Positions 41,106 through 50,617 are shown, counted from the stretch's first letter. The stretch: DNA of 64,000 nt from Polyangiales bacterium (GCA_044229975.1 JBGARZ010000001.1:736001-800000), one strand, 5' to 3'. Notes: a model not told the origin generated them from the sequence alone. A program made the numbers and translations.

Positions 41106-41674
41106 CGCCGGCTCCGGTGGGCGTCGCGCGCGTCGAGGCGCCGCAGGGTCTCGTCAAACTGCCTTCGCGCGGCGTGGAGGCGCGAGTAGACGGTTCCGAC
41201 GGGAACGCCCACGATGGCGGCCACCTCGTCGGCGGGCATCTCCTCGATGACGCTCATGACGAAGACCGCGCGACGATCGAGGTCCATCGCGTCGAGGACT
41301 TCTCGCAAGCGCGCCTCGGCCTCGACCTGTTCGAGGGAGCGATCGGGCGAGTCGGCGGCGGGCGCGACGGCCTCCGGGGGATCGTCGGTCGCGCGCTCGC
41401 GGCGCACCCACGCGCGGCGGCGGTGGGCGGCCATCACGCGAAGGCAGATGCCGAAGAGCCACGTGGTGATGCGGCTGCGGCCCTCGAACTCCCCTCCCCG
41501 CTGGTGCACCACCAGGAACACCTCCTGGAAGCGGTCTTCGAGGTCGGCGTCGCGCGCGCCGAGGCGCTGGAGCGAGGCCCACACGAAGTCCCCGTGCGCC
41601 GCGTGCACGGACACGACGTCGACTCCGGTGACGGTCGGTGCGGCGATGGGGAAGGTCTCGGCCACGGTCTTCAC
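41102..41674 (-). CDS. ECF RNA polymerase sigma factor (sigma-2)
   Basis: HGDFVWASLQRLGA...FQEVFLVVHQR...TTWLFGIC...GVPVGTVYSRLHAARRQF. Start moved to GTG 41674 because the track start (41704) lies inside the promoter motif. Confidence 0.9.
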   Translation of the reverse strand: MKTVAETFPIAAPTVTGVDVVSVHAAHGDFVWASLQRLGARDADLEDRFQEVFLVVHQRGGEFEGRSRITTWLFGICLRVMAAHRRRAWVRRERATDDPPEAVAPAADSPDRSLEQVEAEARLREVLDAMDLDRRAVFVMSVIEEMPADEVAAIVGVPVGTVYSRLHAARRQFDETLRRLDARDAHRSRR

Positions 41675-41685
41675 GTCGGTCGTCG

Positions 41686-41725
41686 GGTGAGTGCGCTGCG
41701 CCACCGACGGCCTTCAGCGAATCGT
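41686..41725 (-). promoter_or_regulatory. Putative autoregulatory ECF promoter GAAGG-N17-CACTC
   Basis: Minus strand ACGATTCGCTGAAGG-ccgtcggtggcgcagcg-CACTCACC. Confidence 0.7.
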
Positions 41726-41736
41726 ACGCTCCTCGC

Positions 41737-42702
41737 TCAGGGCGAGCGGACGCCGACCTCGACGCCGCCTCCGCCCGAGAGCAACGGCTGCGCGTAGATC
41801 TCGCTGGCGTCGGGGTTGAACTGGTACCTCGCCCGCAGCACCGCGACGGACGCCTCTGCGCGCAGCCCGACGTACCAGCGCGGCGACGGATTCCATTGGA
41901 TGCGCGCGGCCGCGGTGGCTCCGAGCCAGAGCCGGTCGCCGGCTTCGCGGGCGAAGACGTCGCGCGCGGCCGCGTGGATGACGGCGCCCGACGCTCCCGC
42001 GCAGAGCGACAGGCGCAGCGAGTCACCGCGCGCAGGATCGACGCACCCCAAGGCGGCAGCGCGGGTGAAGCCGAAGGCGAAGCGCGGGTCATCGGACGCG
42101 AGCGCCGGGGCGAGGTCGACGTGGCCGCGCAGGCTCCACAACGGTGAGAGCTCGACGGCGACGCCGAACCCCGCCGCGGGAGCGACCGAAGGCGTGAGAC
42201 CGACGACGACGCCTCCCTGGATGCCAAAGGAGACGGGACGCGCAGGCGGGCGGGGGGGAGCCGCGGGGCGGCGGGGTCGACGCGTCGGCACGCGGGGCAC
42301 CGGGGCGCGGGGCATCTCCTCGATGGTGGCGTCGGGATCGACCGCGAGCGCGATGGCGAGCGCGCTGGCCTCGACGATGGGCTCGCAGCGGTCGCCTTCG
42401 CGGGTGAGGGTGCGCTCGCCGAGGAGGGCTCCCTCGCGGTCGCGTACACGGAGCACGGCGCGCCAGCCGGGGCCGACGCGATCGACGACGGCCTCGATGC
42501 TGCGCGGGCCGTCGTCGTCGAAGGGGTCGCGTCGGAGGCGGCGGGTGACCTCGTCGCGCAGCCACGCGCCGTCGGGGCAGGCGTCGGCCTCGGCGCCGCG
42601 CACCCACGCGAGTCGCACCGTCGCGGGCACGGGGTCACCTCGGACCGCCATGGGGAGCGAGGCCAGCGTGAGCGCGGCGGCAAGCAGGGCGGGTCGGGTC
42701 AC
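41737..42702 (-). CDS. Secreted / outer-membrane beta-barrel-like protein of ECF module 2
   Basis: GTG start overlapping the upstream stop; LAWVRGAEADACPDG...RRLRRDPF...RCEPIVEASALAIALAVDP. Paralog of 4627..5616. Confidence 0.72.
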   Translation of the reverse strand: MTRPALLAAALTLASLPMAVRGDPVPATVRLAWVRGAEADACPDGAWLRDEVTRRLRRDPFDDDGPRSIEAVVDRVGPGWRAVLRVRDREGALLGERTLTREGDRCEPIVEASALAIALAVDPDATIEEMPRAPVPRVPTRRPRRPAAPPRPPARPVSFGIQGGVVVGLTPSVAPAAGFGVAVELSPLWSLRGHVDLAPALASDDPRFAFGFTRAAALGCVDPARGDSLRLSLCAGASGAVIHAAARDVFAREAGDRLWLGATAAARIQWNPSPRWYVGLRAEASVAVLRARYQFNPDASEIYAQPLLSGGGGVEVGVRSP

Positions 42703-43844
42703 AGATCGGGTTGTCGCACGATCTCGAACCCGTAGAAGTCGGCCAGCCCCGTATCGGCACCCGCCTCGGCGGCGCACTCGGGGGCGAAGGTCCCGACGGC
42801 GTGCGTAAACACGAGGTTGTGGAACGAGTACCTCCCACTCGCGCCGCCGAACACCGCCGTCTCCCTCGGCTGCACTGCGCGCCCCCCGGTTACGCCCGAC
42901 ACATCCATACCGAAGGCGCCATCGGTGAGGCCGCATCTCGGCGCCCCGTCGTCGACGCAGGCGGGCTTCGCGGCGCGCTGCACGCCGATGTTGCCCAAGG
43001 GGAAGGGAGCGGCGCCGTTGTACCTGGCGTCGCGGACGGTGTTGGCCACGACCATGAGCACGGCCTGGTCGCCCGCCCGCCGTAGGATCAGCGTCACGTT
43101 GCCGGGGCGGGGGATCGCCACGGGCCCCCCCTCCGCTTGCAGCCGCAGCACCACTTCCGTCCCCACCGCGACGCTCGGCAGCGACTCGAACGCTACGCTG
43201 GTGAGCCACTCTACCGGCATGCCCGCGTCGCCGTCGGGTTGCACGCGGATCACCGCGTCGGGGTGGCACGCGGGGTCGCCCGCCACGGGGGCCGCGCAGT
43301 CCACGGTGAGCGGGGTCGCAAGTCGGCGTGGTGCGATCCACCGACCCTGCACCTCGAAGGGCCCCCCGAACGGGAAGAGCACGCCCGTGTCGGGCGGCGG
43401 CTGAACCACGGCGCGGGGGTAGTAGTCTTCAGCGGCGCAGTAGGGGGCGGCCAGCACCACGTCGTCGACGGGCGTGGGCCCGCCGTCCGCGTCCGTGGTG
43501 CACCCGCCGGTGTGCAGGAACGGCCGGTCGGGCGTGAGGCACCCGCTGACGAAGGTCTGCCCATCGCAGCCGCAGTACTGGAGAGCGATGGCGTCGGCGC
43601 ACGTGTTCACCGCGCACACCCGCACGACGCTGCCGCAGCCCGGCGCGTAGAGGCAGTCGAGGCCCGTCGGCCCGCCGCACGCCGCGCAGACCGCGGGCGC
43701 TGGCGCGTCCAAGATCGGCCCGTCGTCATGAACGGGCGCGTCGCTCGCGCCGCCGTCGCGCTTGTCCGCGAGGAGCACCTTATCGACGCAGCCAGAGAGG
43801 AGGGGAAAGGCGGTCGCAAGCAATCGGGAGAAGTTCTTGTTCAT
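42699..43844 (-). CDS. Cys-rich lipoprotein with a Kazal-like motif
   Basis: LLSGC lipobox; YCGCDGQTFVSGC. Confidence 0.75.
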   Translation of the reverse strand: MNKNFSRLLATAFPLLSGCVDKVLLADKRDGGASDAPVHDDGPILDAPAPAVCAACGGPTGLDCLYAPGCGSVVRVCAVNTCADAIALQYCGCDGQTFVSGCLTPDRPFLHTGGCTTDADGGPTPVDDVVLAAPYCAAEDYYPRAVVQPPPDTGVLFPFGGPFEVQGRWIAPRRLATPLTVDCAAPVAGDPACHPDAVIRVQPDGDAGMPVEWLTSVAFESLPSVAVGTEVVLRLQAEGGPVAIPRPGNVTLILRRAGDQAVLMVVANTVRDARYNGAAPFPLGNIGVQRAAKPACVDDGAPRCGLTDGAFGMDVSGVTGGRAVQPRETAVFGGASGRYSFHNLVFTHAVGTFAPECAAEAGADTGLADFYGFEIVRQPDL

Positions 43845-43853
43845 CGGGGGGAG

Positions 43854-43910
43854 CACCACCCTTTCACCCGTTGAGTGCGCAGGGCGTCTCCCGGCCTTCG
43901 CGAAATCGTC
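43854..43910 (-). promoter_or_regulatory. Putative ECF promoter plus leader/RBS (GAAGG-N17-CACTC...AAAGGGTGGTG)
   Basis: 57-nt element matching 51795..51851 except for a 13-nt spacer segment and two bases. Confidence 0.75.
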
Positions 43911-43925
43911 GAGTGCCGCCCCCGC

Positions 43926-44684
43926 TCAGCCCGTCGGCGGCGCGGGGTCCGGCGCGGGCGGCTCCGTCACGACCGTGGCGGCGGGGCGTTGCCACTCGGT
44001 GAGCGGGCGCAGCAGCTTCGACGCGCGCTCGGCTGTCTCGGGCGCGTTCGGGTGCACTGAGGCGACCACCTGCACCACGTAGTAGCGGAGCGCGACGGTG
44101 ATGGCGTCGAGCGCCGAGCGCACCGCGGGGCTGTCGTCGGAGGGGAGCGAGGCCGTTCCGCCGGTGGCGAGGCCGTAGGCGACGTGGGACGTGCGGAGGT
44201 GGTCGAGGAAGACGCCGCCGCCGAGCCCGGTCACGACCTCGGCGAGACCGCGCGCGTCGAGCGCCTTCAGGCGGGTGTCCACCTCCGACCACTCCACCAA
44301 CGGAACAAACGTCAGGAACCCGAGCCCCTGCTTCTCGTCGGTGAGAACCGGGAGCACCGAGGCGGCCTGCGCCGACTGCGGGAACTCCCCGGGCGGCAGC
44401 CGCGCGAAGGCGCGCACGAAGTCCACCAGCGCGCCGTAGGCGTTGTCCTCGACGCGGTCGGCGTCGCGCACGCCCGGTCGCGCCGCGGCCTCCGTGGGAC
44501 CGAGTTCACGGGCGAGTGGGTCGATCGTGGTCGCGACGCCATCGGCCGCGGCGGTCACGTTGGAGGGCAGGCCGGGCTCCTGCCGCGCGACGGCGACGAG
44601 CGCGCGTCCCACCGCGAGGGTCTCGCGGGCCTTGAGCGTCGGCAGAGCAACCAGGGTTCCGGGGTCGTAGGTACGGGTGGTCAT
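43926..44684 (-). CDS. Hypothetical alpha-helical protein
   Basis: MTTRTYDPGTLVALPTLKARETLAVGRALV...ADRVEDNAYGAL...GLGFLT; 252 aa. Confidence 0.78.
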   Translation of the reverse strand: MTTRTYDPGTLVALPTLKARETLAVGRALVAVARQEPGLPSNVTAAADGVATTIDPLARELGPTEAAARPGVRDADRVEDNAYGALVDFVRAFARLPPGEFPQSAQAASVLPVLTDEKQGLGFLTFVPLVEWSEVDTRLKALDARGLAEVVTGLGGGVFLDHLRTSHVAYGLATGGTASLPSDDSPAVRSALDAITVALRYYVVQVVASVHPNAPETAERASKLLRPLTEWQRPAATVVTEPPAPDPAPPTG

Positions 44685-44706
44685 GTTCGGCAACGTGCCT
44701 GGGTTG

Positions 44707-44803
44707 CCGGGAGGTCTGCAATCGCGAAATGAACGTCGGAGAGGGAGACCGGGAGGTCTCGATAGATGACCCGCGAGTCGGTGGAGGGAGACCGGGAGGT
44801 CTC
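44707..44803. repeat. Direct repeat GAGGGAGACCGGGAGGTCTC x2 plus a partial third copy, 42-43 nt period
   Basis: Exact 20-mers at 44741 and 44784; core CCGGGAGGTCT at 44707, 44749 and 44792; internal inverted repeat GAGACC/GGTCTC. Confidence 0.8.
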
Positions 44804-44860
44804 ACCGGGCGAGGTGCGGGTGGCCTTGCCTGTCGAATGCCTCCGATTGGACGGCAGACG

Positions 44861-45021
44861 GTCGCTACGCGTCGACCCAGATCGACGCGCGCAACGACGC
44901 GAAGAGCCGTCGGGCGTCGGCGGGCGTCGGCAGCCCGAGCGGGTTGACCGTGCGCGCGACGGCGACGAGCGCGCGTCCCAAGGCGACGGTCTCGCGGGCC
45001 TTGAGCGTCGGCAGGGCAACC
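44861..45021 (-). pseudogene. Chimeric gene remnant (5' piece of a 43926-like gene joined to the 3' piece of a 50618-like gene)
   Basis: VALPTLKARETVALGRALVAVAR matches the start of 43926..44684, followed in frame by LGLPTPADARRLFASLRASIW matching the end of 50618..51784; high nucleotide similarity in both parts. Confidence 0.8.
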
Positions 45022-45103
45022 CGGATTCCTGGGGTGGGTGGAGGGCAACGTGCGAGGTCCCCGGACGCGGCGCTCGGGGCGCCGATGCGAGACTGCGGTC
45101 GAC

Positions 45104-45763
45104 TCACTCGGCGAGTGCGGCGACGCGCGACAGCCCCGCGTCCGCGAGGGCGGTGCGACAGAAGGCGCTCTCGAAGTACCGGTCGGGCACGACATTGTTG
45201 GGATCGGGACTCGCGTTGGCGCACGTCACGTTGAGGACTCCGCGGACCTCGGCCACGGCGGTCGGCGCCGAGGGCCTCGTGGTGCCGTCTTCGAAGCGGA
45301 AGACCGGCCCGAGCGTCGCGCGGAGGGTGATGGTCGCGTCGTCGTTCCAGACCAGCTCGATCTGGCGCATCCACCGCGAGACCGCCGGGTGCAGCGGGTC
45401 CCGGCCCCCGGGCAGGAAGTAGGTGACCGCTCCCCCGGTCGGCGGGTCTGGGCGGATCACGGTGCCGCCGGCCATGAGGAGGCGCACGTCTTCGAGGCTC
45501 AGCGGCGTCTGAAACGACAGGAGCGCGGGCTCCATCGTCGCCGTGTCCCTGTAGCCGCCGGAGACACTGATCTCGTAGTGCGCGTGCCCGTCGCCCTCCC
45601 GCACGTTGAATCCCCCGTGTCCGGGGAACGGTTGGGCGGCGTCGGACACCGTGGCGCTCGCGGTGGCCGACGGTCCTGGGAACGAGCCCGTCGACCATGG
45701 TCCCCTTTCACCGCAGCCCGCGACACCGAGAATCACCAGCATTGCGAGGGTGTGCTTCAACAT
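45104..45763 (-). CDS. Lipoprotein of unknown function
   Basis: RBS GGGAGAGG, MLKHTLAMLVILGVAGC lipobox. Confidence 0.75.
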   Translation of the reverse strand: MLKHTLAMLVILGVAGCGERGPWSTGSFPGPSATASATVSDAAQPFPGHGGFNVREGDGHAHYEISVSGGYRDTATMEPALLSFQTPLSLEDVRLLMAGGTVIRPDPPTGGAVTYFLPGGRDPLHPAVSRWMRQIELVWNDDATITLRATLGPVFRFEDGTTRPSAPTAVAEVRGVLNVTCANASPDPNNVVPDRYFESAFCRTALADAGLSRVAALAE

Positions 45764-45846
45764 CGCGACCTCTCCCTTCCTCATCCGATCGTCTGGCTCA
45801 TGGCCGCGAAGAGCGCCGAGCTTCGCCTGTGTCGCGCCACGAACCT

Positions 45847-47193
45847 CTACGCGAGCGCCGCGTGCAGCGACGCGACGAGGTGCGCGGCGAGCCCAGGCGT
45901 CGGGAGCCCCAGCGCCTCCCCGAGGACCGGGTCGTACCCACGCGCGACCTTGGCCTCGAGCGCGGCGCGGGCGCCCTCGCGGGCCTCGCAGACGGCGGTC
46001 CGCTCGGTCTCGGTGAGTTGCAGCTCCAGCCACGCGGCGACCTGCCAGGCGAGCGACGCGTGGCGCATCTCGTCGTCGGCGATGGCGCCCATCGTCGCGG
46101 CCACGCCCGGCCGTGCGGCCCGCTCGGACTGGACCAGCGCCTCCATCGCAGCCCAGGTCTCATGCACGCAGCCCTCGACCGCGTTCTCCAGGGCGATCGC
46201 GAAGGCCGTGCGTGCGCGCGGCGTCTCGACCTCGACCGGGGGCACCGCGGCGCTCGCCCGCTCTGCGAGGCGGCCCATCATGCGCGCGTGGCGGCGCTCG
46301 TCGTCGGCGCTGCGGCGCGCGGCGTCGATGAGAGACGCGGGGGCGCCGAACTCTGCGAGCTCGCGCGCGAGCGATTCGAACGCGAACACCGACGCGGCCT
46401 CCATGTGCGCAGCGCGGGCGAGCCAGCGGCCCACGGCGTCGGGCGCGTCGAGGCGAGCGTCGCGTAGTCCGTCCGGGCGGCGGCCGGGAACGCCACACCA
46501 GCCGCCATCGGCGGTGCTCCCTTGGGTCGATGTCGTCGCGCCGTCCGGCGCAACGCGGATGACCCAGCCCGTGACCACGTATTGTCCGGAGGGGCAGCGG
46601 GTCGTCGTGCCGCTCACGTCCCACCCCCCCGAGGGGAGCGGGCGCACGGAGCCGAGGCAGGGCACCGCCACGCCGTGTCGATACACCGCGACGAACGCCG
46701 CCTCGGTGACCGTGTCGATGGGCGCGTACAGCCGTACGAAGTCGTCGACGCTGCGGATCGCGCCGACCTCGTCGCCGCGCGTGTACACGAGGATCCACGA
46801 GTCACGCGTCCCGGACGCGGGGTCGTTCGCGAGCGCGGCGAAGGCCGACTCGCAGCTGGCCGCCGAGGTCGTGTTCGCGCAGCGCGCGCCCGACGTGCCG
46901 ATGGTCATCCACGTGCCGTTGGGGTTGATCCCTCCGTCCCAGTGCCGTTCAGCGTTGGTCTTCAGCTCCAGGTAGTCGAAGCGGGCGGAGCTTCGCAGCG
47001 GGTCGAGCTGGGAGGAGAGCGAGTAGTAGGTCTGATCGGCGGGGCAGGCGTTCGCGCCGGGCGGGCCCGCGCCCGGCGTCACGGACTCGGTGCAGCCCTC
47101 CGCGGCGACTGCCGCGACGAGGATCGAACGAAAGAGCGTCGGGAATGACGCGGGCTCTGGGGATCGGGCAAGGCGACTGCGTCTCGCAAACAT
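45847..47193 (-). CDS. Lipoprotein with C-terminal ferritin-like (diiron) domain
   Basis: AAEGC lipobox-like, Cys-rich N-domain, GRRPDGL, HMEAASV, DDERRH, ENAVEGCVHE and DDEMRH. Confidence 0.85.
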   Translation of the reverse strand: MFARRSRLARSPEPASFPTLFRSILVAAVAAEGCTESVTPGAGPPGANACPADQTYYSLSSQLDPLRSSARFDYLELKTNAERHWDGGINPNGTWMTIGTSGARCANTTSAASCESAFAALANDPASGTRDSWILVYTRGDEVGAIRSVDDFVRLYAPIDTVTEAAFVAVYRHGVAVPCLGSVRPLPSGGWDVSGTTTRCPSGQYVVTGWVIRVAPDGATTSTQGSTADGGWCGVPGRRPDGLRDARLDAPDAVGRWLARAAHMEAASVFAFESLARELAEFGAPASLIDAARRSADDERRHARMMGRLAERASAAVPPVEVETPRARTAFAIALENAVEGCVHETWAAMEALVQSERAARPGVAATMGAIADDEMRHASLAWQVAAWLELQLTETERTAVCEAREGARAALEAKVARGYDPVLGEALGLPTPGLAAHLVASLHAALA

Positions 47194-47225
47194 GTGGGCT
47201 CTCCTCGTCGATCACGGCTCACGCT

Positions 47226-47258
47226 GGCACAGCGCGCGTACTGTTTCCGCGCTGTGCC
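47226..47258. other. Perfect 11-bp intergenic hairpin
   Basis: GGCACAGCGCG-N11-CGCGCTGTGCC between two co-oriented genes; no clear U-tract. Confidence 0.55.
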
Positions 47259-47317
47259 CGCGCGATGTTGGGGACGGGAGGCTCTGTTCTGCACGCCGCG
47301 GACCGCGGACGCGCGTG

Positions 47318-47803
47318 TCAGCGGCGTCGCACGCGAGCGAGGGCGGCGATGCCGACCAGGGCCGCGAGTACGGCGACGGGAGAGCCCGCCGCGCGATCGC
47401 CGGGCGCGCGCACCGTGCATCCATCGCCGCCACCGCCACCACCGCCCACGTCGACGGTCCCGCCACCGCCCGCGTCGACGGAAGCGTCGGTCCCCGTCGG
47501 GTCGGGACACACGAACGGCGGCCTCGAGCAGGTACTCCCGGGCGACCACGTGAAGCAGCCGTGGCACCCGCTGTCGTCGCACACGCTGGCGGGTGACGCC
47601 TCGCGCGAGCCGCAGCCGCAGGTCGCCCCCCCAGTGCAGTACTGCCCTTCGGGGCACTGCGCGTGATCGGTGCAGCCGATCCACTGCGCACCGCCGTCGT
47701 TGCAGGCCCTGTTGGGCGGTCCCCCGTCGCCGCAGGCGAGGGCCGCCGCGGGCGCGGCGAGCAGGGCGAAGGCGAGCGAACAAACAATCAGGCGCGCGTT
47801 CAT
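47318..47803 (-). CDS. Small Cys-rich secreted protein with MYXO-CTERM-like sorting tail
   Basis: MNARLIVCSLAFALLAAPAAALAC..., ends GGDGCTVRAPG...VAVLAALVGIAALARVRRR. Confidence 0.8.
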   Translation of the reverse strand: MNARLIVCSLAFALLAAPAAALACGDGGPPNRACNDGGAQWIGCTDHAQCPEGQYCTGGATCGCGSREASPASVCDDSGCHGCFTWSPGSTCSRPPFVCPDPTGTDASVDAGGGGTVDVGGGGGGGDGCTVRAPGDRAAGSPVAVLAALVGIAALARVRRR

Positions 47804-47919
47804 CGAAGATCTCCCAAAGGTGGACTGGTCTTTATCGAGCAAGGCGCGACGCGCGACGCACTCAGCCGCCGTGCCGCACGCCGTCGAGAGCGCTGCCGCT
47901 GCCGCAAGCAACCTGAGCC

Positions 47920-50457
47920 TCATGTGCACGACCTCATACGATCCCGGCGCGACCCGGAGCGGCGACGGGCGAGCGCGAGTCCGAACGCCGCAAGGACGAC
48001 GAGCCCGCGATGGGTGGTGCGCCCCGGAGTACCGCCGACGTCGCAGATCGCGCCGTCGTCGTGGGGTGTACCTCTGCCGGTCCCGACGTCTGCCGCATCC
48101 GCGATCGTTGCGTCCACGACCGATGCGTCCACGACCGATGCGTCCACGACCGATGCGTCCACGACCGATGCGTCCACGACCGATGCGTCCACGACCGATG
48201 CGTCCACGACCGATGCGTCCACAACCGGCCCGACGCCGACGTCTCGGGGCGCGTCCAACGGGGCGCCCGCGTCGGGGATCGTCCCGCCATCGTCGTGGAA
48301 GAACGCCGCGCGCACCTGTCCCCCCGCGAGGTCGGGATCGAAGGCGGTGTACACGAAGGCGGTGGTCCCGTGGCCGTCGGACGCCATGACGGGCGGCGCT
48401 GCGCGGACCGGCTGCGCGTCGTCGCCGATGATCGCGAGGGGCGTCGGGTCGAGCACCACGCCCGCGGGGGAGACGCGGACGGCGCGCAGCGACCCGTCGC
48501 CCGAGCCGGTCCACACCACCAGGAAGTTGATGCCGTCGAACACCACCTCCGGGTAGTCGCCGATCGAGGTGCCGAGCGGGACGTTGGCGCCGAGGCTGCC
48601 GTCGGGCGCGAGCAGGGTCGTCCCCAACGTGTCGCCGGCCTTCCAGGCGACGAGGTAGGTGCCCCCGCCGTACGCAAGGTGGAGGATGGTGGCGCTGCGG
48701 AGCGACGGCAGCTCGCGAGCGCGCGTGTCGAGCAGGACGCCGTCGCGGTTCAGCCGCGCGAGGTATGTTGAAAAGTACGGCCCCCCCATCCGGAAGACGA
48801 TGGCGAAGTTCGTCCCGTCGGAGGCGGCGACCGGGTTGGGGAGGTTCGAGAAGCCCGCGGCGTAGCAACTCTCCGCCGGAACGAGGGCGGCCCACGAGGC
48901 GTCGAAGCGCCTGGCGCACTCCCTCAAGAACAGCCGCTGCGAGCCCCCGCGGACGACCCCGCTCGGGCCGACGGCCATGGTCACGGGTGGGGCACCGGTG
49001 CGCGTCGCGAAGTTGATCGTCTGGCGCTCGTGCTGACCCGCCACGTCGAGGAAGCGGAAGGCGTCCGCGTGGTCGCCGTCGTAGACGAGCCCGAACCCGT
49101 AGATCGTACCGGCCGTCAGGGGGAGCGCGAGCGGTGCCGCGTCGATCGCCGCACCCGCGGTGCTGAGCCGCACGAAGGACTGGGTGGCCGGGCGCCCCGC
49201 GGCCGGACGGAGGTTGTACCAGGCCGCGAGGAAGTCCGTACCGTTCGAGGAGATCGCGACCCCCGAGGGCGGCGAATAGCCCTGCACCACTGGCCAGGGC
49301 GTCCCCTGCGGGGCGCCGAGGGCGTTGTAGCGGACGAGTGGACTCCCCGCCCGGAAGAACCCGCCGCGAGCGGGGACCACCGCCCCGAAGGCGCTGTCCA
49401 CCGCCAGCCGTTGGGGGACCGCGTCGACGCGGGCGCCCGTCGCGTCGAAGCGCACCACCTGCCGCGGCCCTCCGCTGGACGTGGAGGTGCCGTGCTGGAC
49501 GTAGTGGGTGCCGTCCCACCACAGGTCCAACTGGTACGGCGCCGCGCTGAGGTCGGCGTGGTACGCGAGGGCGGAGATGGGGTTGAGGTCGGCGTCGAAG
49601 AGCCGCGTGTACCAGCCCGCCGGGTTGGAGCCCGAGGCCCTGGCGTACCAGCTCATGAACACTCGCGTCCCGTCGGTCGCGATGCGCAGGTTCAAACGCG
49701 CCGCGCCGACGGCGCCGAGGTCGCGGCCCCCGAGGTCGAGCACGCGCCCGTCGGCCATCACCCGCGCGGCCACGACGTTCGATGGCGAGCCGGATAGCTC
49801 GGTGGTCCATGCCACGATGAAGCGGTCGGCGAGGGCGACGACCATCGGGGTCGACCTGGCCCACCATCCCAACGCGAGCGGAACGGCGTCGAGCAGCCGA
49901 CCGTCGGTGCCCACCCGCTGCGCCGCTACCGAGGTGTTGGGGTCCGCGTCGGGGTACTGCCCGTAGACCGCGAGGCAGGTCGACGGGGTGCAGGCGAGCC
50001 CGAGGTCGTTGCTGTCCACGAGGCTCGGCGAGCCCTCGGGTCGCAGCACGATGGGCGCGCGGTCGAGAGATACCCCCGAGGGCTGCACGCGCGCAGCGGA
50101 GATCCCATCCGACGCCGTCAGGGCGACGACCATGGCGCCGGCTCCGTAGGAGGCGACCCTGTACGACTGGACGTTGGCAGGGTGGTAGTCGATCGGGCCG
50201 AGCGCGGGCACACCGCGGAACGACCTCGCCACCGGCGCCCCGGACGGGTCGTAGGCTTGGACGGTCACGGCCCCGACGCCGCCCACGGGCGTCACGCTGA
50301 ACAGCAGCGTGGACGTGTCGGTCCAGACCGCCAGCATGGTGCCCATGTCCAAGGTGCCCGGCTCCGCGTCCGGCACCGAGGGTGACAGGTTGATCGCTGC
50401 CGCAGCCCCTGGGACGAGCGCCACTACGAGCGCCAAGGAGAGAAGTCGCTGGTTCAT
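47920..50457 (-). CDS. Large secreted beta-repeat surface protein with MYXO-CTERM-like tail
   Basis: Signal peptide; repeated [AS]xDGxxF[LA]VxW...A.RV..DG.VLD units; (VVDAS)n linker; AICDVGG...LVVLAAFGLALARRR. Confidence 0.85.
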   Translation of the reverse strand: MNQRLLSLALVVALVPGAAAAINLSPSVPDAEPGTLDMGTMLAVWTDTSTLLFSVTPVGGVGAVTVQAYDPSGAPVARSFRGVPALGPIDYHPANVQSYRVASYGAGAMVVALTASDGISAARVQPSGVSLDRAPIVLRPEGSPSLVDSNDLGLACTPSTCLAVYGQYPDADPNTSVAAQRVGTDGRLLDAVPLALGWWARSTPMVVALADRFIVAWTTELSGSPSNVVAARVMADGRVLDLGGRDLGAVGAARLNLRIATDGTRVFMSWYARASGSNPAGWYTRLFDADLNPISALAYHADLSAAPYQLDLWWDGTHYVQHGTSTSSGGPRQVVRFDATGARVDAVPQRLAVDSAFGAVVPARGGFFRAGSPLVRYNALGAPQGTPWPVVQGYSPPSGVAISSNGTDFLAAWYNLRPAAGRPATQSFVRLSTAGAAIDAAPLALPLTAGTIYGFGLVYDGDHADAFRFLDVAGQHERQTINFATRTGAPPVTMAVGPSGVVRGGSQRLFLRECARRFDASWAALVPAESCYAAGFSNLPNPVAASDGTNFAIVFRMGGPYFSTYLARLNRDGVLLDTRARELPSLRSATILHLAYGGGTYLVAWKAGDTLGTTLLAPDGSLGANVPLGTSIGDYPEVVFDGINFLVVWTGSGDGSLRAVRVSPAGVVLDPTPLAIIGDDAQPVRAAPPVMASDGHGTTAFVYTAFDPDLAGGQVRAAFFHDDGGTIPDAGAPLDAPRDVGVGPVVDASVVDASVVDASVVDASVVDASVVDASVVDASVVDATIADAADVGTGRGTPHDDGAICDVGGTPGRTTHRGLVVLAAFGLALARRRSGSRRDRMRSCT
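48106..48225. repeat. 15-nt VNTR (CGATGCGTCCACGAC) x8, coding VVDAS
   Basis: Six perfect units flanked by two single-mismatch units. Confidence 0.95.
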
Positions 50458-50617
50458 GTTTCGTCCTCGTGCAAGCGGGTCACCACGTCAAACGCCTTGA
50501 ATTCGAGTCTTTCGCACCGACAATTTGTGCCGAACTGGGTCAGCGATCTCTCCAGTGAGCGTGAGGGGACGCCCAACGGGCGGCGGGCGTTCGTCCCGGT
50601 CGCGCGCCAGAGCCGAC

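Noticed and set aside
44707..44803. Mini-CRISPR
   Set aside because: Only two full 20-nt repeats with a 23-nt gap and no cas genes.
44865..45698. 277-aa ORF as a functional gene
   Set aside because: Its 5' part is a shadow frame of the 45104..45763 lipoprotein; only the last 50 or so codons are the chimeric remnant.
47804..49867. 849-aa ORF 47318..49867
   Set aside because: An alternate frame of 47920..50457; the real gene starts at ATG 47803 with a signal peptide.
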